A stretch of 64,000 nt of DNA from assembly GCA_964016885.1 (NCBI GenBank), contig OZ024741.1:240436001-240500000 (forward strand), in the 5' to 3' direction. Source of the stretch: Eledone cirrhosa. Its lineage: Eukaryota. Positions 56,677 through 64,000 of this stretch are shown piece after piece. The notes beneath the pieces are model-generated. The model made no database searches, had not been told where the DNA came from, and saw only the letters and a list, made by a program, of their open reading frames with translations. The number at the start of each line of letters is the position of its first letter. The first letter of the stretch is position 1. The translations under genes were made by a program, and so were the position numbers.

Positions 56677-56718
56677 ACAGTTCTGATGAAGGGTAATGGC
56701 CCAGAAACATGTTGATGG
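56677..56718 (+). ncRNA. Degenerate minimal hammerhead motif
   Basis: acagtt-CTGATGA-agggtaatggccca-GAAA-CATG-TT-gatggt. Palindromic CATG. Stem I eroded. Confidence 0.45.
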
Positions 56719-57050
56719 TTCCTCAATGCCAGTGTTGAACAAACAGATGATGATTTGTCATCAGCACGGCACATCTTTAATCAGGCCATTTGTTTACAAA
56801 TGAATCGGATATTATTATTATTAGTGTTCGATATAATCCATATGTATATGTATATATGTGTGTGCGTATATGCATACTTATATATGTATATATATATATA
56901 TTCTGTCATTACGCTAATAGAAGTTTGATGAGATTTTGATTCCAGAGTCAGGCCTGATCAACACACATCGAACCTTGAGCTGATCAATTGTGCAACACGC
57001 GTCACACCTGAATAACTGTAATGAAAATTTGACACCTCGTCCATATTATA

Positions 57051-58833
57051 TCATCATCATCATAACCGTTTTATGTCCATTCTTCTATGCTAGCATGGGT
57101 TAAACAGGTTGTCCTGTTGTAGGCAATTCCAGGTTGGGTGAGCATGTCTTGCTCATATGGGGACTGATTTTGATTTGATTTCTACAGCTGGATGCCCTTC
57201 CTAACACCAAACTCGTTTACAGTGAGTATTGGGTGCTTTTTTACCATGGCACCTACATGACCACTTTACAGTAGAAGGGGGTGGGGGCATATTGTCTATA
57301 TGCTTCAGCTTCGGCTTGTACCCGTGGGAAGCCGGGTCTTTTGTATTACTGCGTAACGCCAGAGGTCTTGGTCTTGTGTCATCGCCTTTGAGAGGTGAAA
57401 TTGGGCAAGGTCAACTTTTATCACCTTATCCCAGGTCTTCTTTGGTCTCCCCACACCAAGGTTTCCATTGACTTTTGGTGCCATGTACCTTTTTATGCAG
57501 CTGTCATCCTTCATACGCATTACATGTCCATACCAACGCAACCTCCTCTCCTGCACCCACCATTTGATTCCTCTTATGCTCAGTCTCTCTCTCAATTCGT
57601 TTATGCTTTTCTGTTCACGTATATTACTATTACACATCAATCAGAGCATGCAAGCTTCATTTCTTTCTAATCTACGCAAGTCTTCTACACACAGCACTCA
57701 GCTCTCACTACTATGTAACATTGCTGTTTGTATGCATGCATCATACAGTCTGCCTTTCATTTTGAGGGAAAAGCCTTTTGCAGCTAGCAGTGGTAGTAGT
57801 TCCCTGAACTTCTTCCATCCCATTCTTACCCTGGTTACTGTACTTTTAGAACACCCACCTCTGCTGCTAATTCGGTCACCTAGGTAGCAGAAGCTGTCTA
57901 TTGTTTCTACAGAGCCCTACCAGAGTTTGGTAGTGCTTGTTTCCTGTAGCCGTTTGCTGCTTACTGTCCTGGTCTTAAACTCCTCTGTTATAGCCTGCAA
58001 TACAATAATAAACAGGAGAGGGCTAAGAAGAGAGCCCTGGTGGACACTGACCTGTATGCTAAATTCCTTGCTATAGTCATTGTTAACCCTAACTTTGCTG
58101 ACTGCTCCCTTATACATGGATTGTACAGCTTTCACAAGCCATTCATCTACTCCTAGTTTTCTAAGAGCCCACCAGATTATAGCATGGGGCACCCTGTTGA
58201 AGGCTTTTTCCAGATCAACAAATACCAGGTAGAGCAGCTTACTTTTAGCTAGGTACTTTTCCTATAACTTCATCACAAGGAAAAGAGCACCAGTGGTGCT
58301 TTTTCCTGGCATAAACCCAAACTGCATCTCATCTAATTTAACCCGGTCCCTAATCAACTGTGCTATAACTCTTTCCGTTACTTTCATGACCTGGTCCATC
58401 AGCTTTATACCTTTATAGTGTCCTCTATCTAGTGCATTTCCTTTACCCTTGTAGCAGTCAACAATGATGCTGCTGCCCCAATCCTTTGGTATGACACTCT
58501 CTACTATTACCTGGTTAACACTGCATGTTGTTATAGTGTGACCTACTGACCCAGATGCTTTCAGCATCTTGGCAGCTATATCCGATGGACCGGTTGTCTT
58601 CCCAGTCTTCATATCTTTAATTGCTTTACTTACCACACTGCCGCTGACTTGTATTGCTGGTCCCTCTATAGAGTCCACTTGGGGTAGAGTCTCTTTCTCC
58701 CATGCTTTCTCCTCATTTAGTAATCTTTAATAATGGCTCTTCCACGCATCTTTCTTTTCGGCACTTGTGAGGGCAAGCTCACCTTTATCATTCTGGACAC
58801 ATTTCTTTCCAATGACATCACAATTTTCTCTAA
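57051..58833 (-). mobile_element. Older RTE LINE copy, 5'-truncated, with stops and an internal deletion
   Basis: ORF fragments 58262-58678, 57917-58192 and 57305-57640 are homologous to the 59062 ORF. The YADD-to-PHD segment is missing at ~57965. (CAT)n tail at 57051. Confidence 0.9.
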
Positions 58834-58851
58834 CATATATATATATATATA

Positions 58852-61104
58852 TCTTGGAAGCTAAAGGACCCCATAGCCAGAAATAAATTTCAAAGCATAT
58901 TACTTGACGCTTTCGACAGTAAGGAAGAGCAATTAGAGTCGTATAATATAGAGGAACAGTGGGAATTCCTGAGAGCAAACCTGCTGACGGCGGCAGACGA
59001 AGTCTGTGGCTGGAGCAGGCCTGTAGGTAGGAGGAGAGTAACATGGTGGTGGAACAGTAAGGTGGAGGAGTCAATTAAGGCCAAAAAGCAGGCTTGGAAA
59101 GTATGGCGGGATGGGGGAAGTAGAGAAGACTATCAAGTGGCCAGGAGGGAAGCTAGGAGACAAGTGTACTTCGCAAGAAGGGAAGCAGAGGAAAGAAAGT
59201 TCAAGCATGTTCTACAACGTGAGGACCAAAAACGTGAGGTGTTCAGGATTGCCAGGCAATGTGTCAAGGAAAACCGTGATATTGTCGGGGAGAAGTGTGT
59301 ACTTAACGATGATGGCATACTTGCCATCACCGACGCTGATAAGAAGGTAGCTTGGAAGTGTCACTACGAAAGGCTTCTAAATGAGGAGAACAAATGGGAG
59401 AAAGACAGTCTCCCCCAGATCGATCCAATAGAGGGACCAGCAGTGTTAGTTGAAGGTAGTATAATAAGTAAGGCAATCAAAGATATGAAGACGGGTAAGG
59501 CGGCTGGGCCTTCGGAAATAGTTGCTGAGATGCTGAAGGCATCTGGTTCGGTGGGACACACCATGGTCACCCGGATAGTTAACCAAGTCGTACAGAATGG
59601 GGTTGTTCCGAAGGAATGGCGTAGCAGCATCATCGTTAACTGCTATAAGGGAAAAGGAGATGCCCTAGATAGGAGTAACTATAGAGGCATTAAATTAATC
59701 GACCAGGTCATGAAGGTCACGGAAAAAGTAATAGCGCAACTAATCAGAGAGAGAATTGATCTAGATGAAATGCAGTTCGGGTTTGTATCAGGCAAAAGTA
59801 CCACAGACGCTCTTTTCATTGTACGACAACTACAGGAGAAGTACCTAGCTAAAAGTAAACCCCTATACTTAGCTTTCGGCGACTTGGAGAAAGCCTTCGA
59901 CAGAGTCCCCCGTTCCATTATCTGGTGGTCTCTTAGAAAACTAGGTGTTGACGAATGGCTTGTGAGAGCTATACAAGCCATGTATAAAGAAACAGTCAGT
60001 AAGGTTAGAATTAACAACGAATATAGTGAAGAGTTTAGCGTAAAAGTTGGTGTCCATCAGGGCTCTGTTCTTAGCCCCCTACTATTTATTATTGCCCTTC
60101 AGGCTATAACAGAGGAGTTCAAGACCGGCTGCCCATGGGAACTCCTATACGCAGATGATCTAACGCTCATAGCTGAATCAATGACCGAACTAGAGAAGAA
60201 ATTCCAAACGTGGAAGCACGGCCTAGAATCAAAAGGCCTTAAAATTAACCTGGCTAAGACTAAAGTTCTAGTTTGTAGGAAAGAAAATAAGGCGGCGGTC
60301 CCATCGGGGAAATGGCCATGCTCAGTGTGTAGGAAAGGCGTAGGTAGAAACTCCATTTTATGTCCCAAATGCAAAGTATGGGTGCATAAAAGATGTAGTG
60401 GGATCACAGGTAAGCTAACTAAGAACATAGATTTTACATGTGGCCGGTGCTCTGGTGCAATAAGTAGCAGCAAGTGCCCACAAAATACTAGCTCCTTCAA
60501 CTGCGCAGAGGGTTCTATAGAAATAGTGGACAGCTTCCGTTATCTGGGTGACAAAATCAGCAGTGGGGGAGGGTGCTCTGAAAGTACAGTAGCTAGAGTC
60601 AGAACTGGATGGAAAAAGTTCAGAGAGCTTATACCACTATTAGCCGCTAGAGGGTTCTCCCTAAAAATGAAAGGCAGGTTATACGATGCCTGCATACGAA
60701 CAGCAATGCTGCATGGCAGTGAGACCTGGGCATTGTGTGCAGAGGATATACGCAGACTAGAGAGGAACGAAGCTTGCATGCTTCGCTGGATGTACAATAG
60801 TAATATACGTGAACGGCAAAGCATAAACGAACTAAGGAAAAAATTAGAAATAAGAGGGATCAGATGTTGTTTACTCGAGAGAAGGCTACGTTGGTACGGT
60901 CACGTGATGCGCATGAAAGACGACAGCTGTATAACAAAGTGCAGGGCAATAAAGATAGACGGTAGCCACGGAGTAGGCAGACCCAGAAAAACATGGGACG
61001 AGCTGATAAATTCCGACCTCACACGCTTACACCTCTCCAAGACAATGTCACTGGACCGAGACCTTTGGCGGTACTCAGTAATAGAGAAGACCCGCCTTAC
61101 CTAA
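58852..61104 (+). CDS. RTE ORF2 fragment: linker, reverse transcriptase, PHD-type finger and C-terminal domain (APE domain lost by 5' truncation)
   Basis: The frame is open upstream of the 59062 call (SWKLKDP...TWWWN). RT motifs KAAGPS, YRGIKL, QFGF, DLEKAFD, GVHQGSVLSP, LLYADD, FRYLG, RLRWYGHV. Confidence 0.9.
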   Translation, partial: SWKLKDPIARNKFQSILLDAFDSKEEQLESYNIEEQWEFLRANLLTAADEVCGWSRPVGRRRVTWWWNSKVEESIKAKKQAWKVWRDGGSREDYQVARREARRQVYFARREAEERKFKHVLQREDQKREVFRIARQCVKENRDIVGEKCVLNDDGILAITDADKKVAWKCHYERLLNEENKWEKDSLPQIDPIEGPAVLVEGSIISKAIKDMKTGKAAGPSEIVAEMLKASGSVGHTMVTRIVNQVVQNGVVPKEWRSSIIVNCYKGKGDALDRSNYRGIKLIDQVMKVTEKVIAQLIRERIDLDEMQFGFVSGKSTTDALFIVRQLQEKYLAKSKPLYLAFGDLEKAFDRVPRSIIWWSLRKLGVDEWLVRAIQAMYKETVSKVRINNEYSEEFSVKVGVHQGSVLSPLLFIIALQAITEEFKTGCPWELLYADDLTLIAESMTELEKKFQTWKHGLESKGLKINLAKTKVLVCRKENKAAVPSGKWPCSVCRKGVGRNSILCPKCKVWVHKRCSGITGKLTKNIDFTCGRCSGAISSSKCPQNTSSFNCAEGSIEIVDSFRYLGDKISSGGGCSESTVARVRTGWKKFRELIPLLAARGFSLKMKGRLYDACIRTAMLHGSETWALCAEDIRRLERNEACMLRWMYNSNIRERQSINELRKKLEIRGIRCCLLERRLRWYGHVMRMKDDSCITKCRAIKIDGSHGVGRPRKTWDELINSDLTRLHLSKTMSLDRDLWRYSVIEKTRLT

Positions 61105-61262
61105 ATACAAAGTAAAAACCTACTACAGTCAGTAGGCATCTCTATCAAAACACACCACCTCCACCCCACCCACACCGCCCCTTTCAATGTAAAGTTATGT
61201 TGGTCCCACAACATCCAGGCCGAAACAAATGAGATCGTGTAGGTGTCACGACAAAAAACACA

Positions 61263-61491
61263 CAGTCCACGCTGTAAATGTGGCCGTGTAGGCAACACGG
61301 TAAAAACCTCCCAGCCCCACACTGTAAATGTGGTTGGTGTTAGGAAGGGCATCCAGCTGTAGAAAACCCGCCAGACAGTCCACGCTGTAATGTGGCCGTG
61401 AAGGCAACACGGTAAAAACCTCCCAGCCCCACACTGTAAATGTGGTTGGTGTTAGGAAGGGCATCCAACTGTAGAAAACCCGCCAGACAGT
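61263..61491 (+). repeat. ~113-bp tandem duplication in the RTE 3' UTR
   Basis: cagtccacgctgtaa...gtagaaaacccgccaga occurs twice. The 49.3-kb copy has one unit. Confidence 0.88.
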
Positions 61492-61601
61492 CCTATGCGA
61501 GCAAGACAACCACTCTTGCCTCAAGTGGGAAAACCCCCGTCCAAACCCATGCAAGCGTGGAACACGGACGCTAAACCTGATGATGATGATGATGATGATG
61601 A

Positions 61602-61638
61602 TCTTCTGATGAAAAACTAGCGTCCAAAATGTTAAGAC
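61602..61638 (+). ncRNA. Degenerate hammerhead-like motif abutting the RTE tail
   Basis: tctt-CTGATGA-aaaactagcgtcc-AAAA-tgt-TA-agac. The GAAA and stem II are eroded. Confidence 0.35.
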
Positions 61639-61869
61639 CCTCTTCCTGCTATTTCAAGCATTAAACTAATATGTTCCTTCCATGTACTGTACTGTTTGTG
61701 TTATTTCTGTTAACCATTTAAACGCACACACAAAAGCTAAGCGCTTGCTGTTTTGATGGCAAATCAGCTGTCAAGCACTAACTTTTTACCATACCTACAC
61801 ACTGCTTTTTCAACTATTGAGTACATAGATGGTCTTACTAATCTAAACTGGTATATCTGAATCAATATA

Positions 61870-62395
61870 TATGATAGGAAGGACATTCAACCGTAGAAAG
61901 CTTGTCAAAGAGTCGGGTGAACCCTTCAGTCGTGGGAATGACATGACAACATTCCTAGTTTTGGCGCTCTACATGATAAATGCACCCAGTATACAATGTA
62001 AAGTGGCTGGTGATAGGAACGGCATCCAGCTATAGAAAGCTTTCTAGACAAAGGGTCAGGAGGCCACTTCAGTCATACCAAGGACATGACAATCTCTCTA
62101 GTGTTAGTGATCTACACAATAAACACACCCAGTACATGCTGTAAAGTAGATGGTAATTGGAAGGGCATCCAGCCATAGAAATCTTGCCAGACAAAGGGTT
62201 AGGAGGAACCACAGTTGCGTCAAAGACATGACAACTTCTCCTGTGCACTTGGTGGAGCATGAGATTGTACATAACCATAATACCTATCCCTGGCCAGCCG
62301 GGGAGATCTGTGGCTCTGCTTCAGTACTGACTTGGTCTGTGTGGCCCCGTCCAACCCTTGCTTACAGGGAAAGTGGACATTAAAATGATGGTGAT
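61870..62395 (+). repeat. Degenerate ~140-bp tandem repeat of the RTE/SINE 3' UTR motif
   Basis: Three units with gataggaagg...catccagc...cttcagt...catgacaac...cacccagtac, as at 45620-46560. Confidence 0.7.
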
Positions 62396-63743
62396 TATAG
62401 CAAAGTCAATGGCTTTGCTTCATGATTGACTTGCTAGCAGGGAAAGTGGATGTTAGAATAATAGTGATCGTAGCAAAGTTGCATACAAAAACAAAATGAA
62501 ATATGTAGAATAAATGAACTAGAGCTAATATCTTTCTCATCAGCAACTCTCTGGGAAATCCACTTTTGTGTATAAGGATATTATTACATGATATTGAGCC
62601 CAGGTTGCACAATGGCTGAAAATAAGTGACCAGAAAGATGTATATGAGACAACATTGAAACAGGGGATAGTAATTATCATTAAGTTAATACTTTATCAGA
62701 GCTACTGACCTCTCAAACAGGTTGGAAGCTTGCATCTCAATAATTTTCTAAGTGCACTGGATGCATTTTATCATGGCACCGGTATTGGGTGGTGGTGGTG
62801 GGGGTTTGTCATGTCCTTGACTCACCTGCAGAGTCCTCTCAACCCTTCATTTGGCACGGTTTCAAATGCATGTTTAAGTTAAATAACCTACTGCTTTTTT
62901 CTAAAAATCTGTTTAGTTGAAGAGACTATGTAGATGGGAAGCATTAAATTAACTATGTATTGCTGTTTTACTCAACTTTTTCTACAGTTAACCCTTGATT
63001 TAACAGACTAATAGGGAGCAAGATGTGTCTGTTAATGCTGAAAGTCTATTAACAGGTCATCTAGGGACCATTCTTATTGTTTTTAATGTAAAAAGAAAAG
63101 AAGAAAGCTTTAAAACACAAGTGAATAATATAAAATCATTCAGTTATGATAGAGAATACAGAATTTTTATTTCACTTTCAACAGTGAAGCTGAATATTTT
63201 ACTATGGCTCTATCATTATTGTTATTACAAAATCTGAAAGCAGTTATAACAGGGTCCATTATATAGAGGGTTTACTGTATTGATGGTTCATTCAATTTCT
63301 TCAATGTTGATAGACTAAATATTTATTAGTATTTTTTTTTATTTTTGTTTATCAAAACAATAATGTTTCACACTTTATTTATTATTTCTTCAGAATTTAC
63401 ATCAGAATTCAGGATTGAAATAATAAAAAAAAAAAAACAACAACTGTAGAATAATTAAAATAGCAAATAACAACAAAATCAAAGAATAAAAAATAACATT
63501 CTTTGATAAAAAGAATTTTATCAATCAATTTTAACAGTTGCCTTTTTCCATTCACCCTCGTTAACATGGGTGAATGGAAGGTAAACCACTGAAGTAATAT
63601 AAGTTTTGATTCTAAAAATCATTTATTTCTGATAGTGTTTAACGTTCCATGTTAGTTTAACCCATGAATTTCAAAAAAGCAATCATGGAATATAAAGTTA
63701 ACCATACGTTTTGTTTTTTGCTTATTTTTTCACTGTAGTCCAA

Positions 63744-63928
63744 CAAGGCCAGATTAAGTTCTTTTGAGGCCCTAAACACTTAGAAAAATAGGGTTCCCCT
63801 TCATACAAAAATCTGCGAAAATCCTCTTTTTGAAATAGTAAATACATCTAATTTGAATAAAATGGTTCCTCTCTTCCCCCCGTTGCTCTAAGCATGTGCT
63901 TATTTTGCTTCATGGGTAATCCACTCTG
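63744..63928. mobile_element. Old hAT-like MITE
   Basis: caaggccagattaag...taatccactctg, homologous to 52315-52486. Confidence 0.6.
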
Positions 63929-64000
63929 GGCCCTACAAAGAAATGGATCAACTTATAGCTATTATAGATTTCACCAAATAAACACCAGCAAGTCTTGAAT

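Larger units (their letters stand above)
58852..61602 (+). mobile_element. 5'-truncated RTE-clade LINE, young
   Basis: Uninterrupted frame from 58852 to 61104, 3' UTR with ggttggtgttaggaagggcatcc motif, (GAT)n tail at 61578-61602, atctt at both junctions. Confidence 0.95.

Noticed and set aside
59111-60824. Antisense and alternate-frame ORFs over the RTE (and likewise over the Tx1 element)
   Set aside because: Shadow ORFs of the LINE coding strands.
62960-63060. Possible exon after the ttttctacag acceptor
   Set aside because: Short, weak donor, no recognisable homology.

Overview
AT-rich, microsatellite-saturated eukaryotic intergenic or intronic DNA. The repeat content (RTE LINEs with (GAT)n tails, tRNA-derived SINEs, dense (TA)n) suggests a coleoid cephalopod such as Octopus; this is inference. 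I can support no host protein-coding gene, and nearly all ORFs in the track are translations of simple repeats. The window holds a 31-bp minisatellite (~0.3-2.1 kb) and a 13.4-kb 32-bp satellite with higher-order structure, which appears to have arisen inside a decayed RTE LINE. Retroelements include a 5'-truncated RTE LINE with an intact RT ORF carrying a PHD-type C4HC3 finger, older RTE, Tx1, Vingi-like and RLE-type LINE fragments, and many SINEs. There are also two copies of a non-autonomous Helitron, piggyBac-type (TTAA) and hAT-type MITEs, and a U2 snRNA fragment. The most striking unexplained signal is a recurring set of asymmetric fold-back (inverted-repeat) insertions in (TA)n tracts. 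Five of them carry complete or partial type I hammerhead ribozyme motifs (CUGANGA...GAAA, short palindromic stem III, NUH) that point outward from the fold-back centre. Further solo hammerhead motifs occur elsewhere. The pattern fits several distinct Penelope-like or ribozyme-bearing retroelement families.
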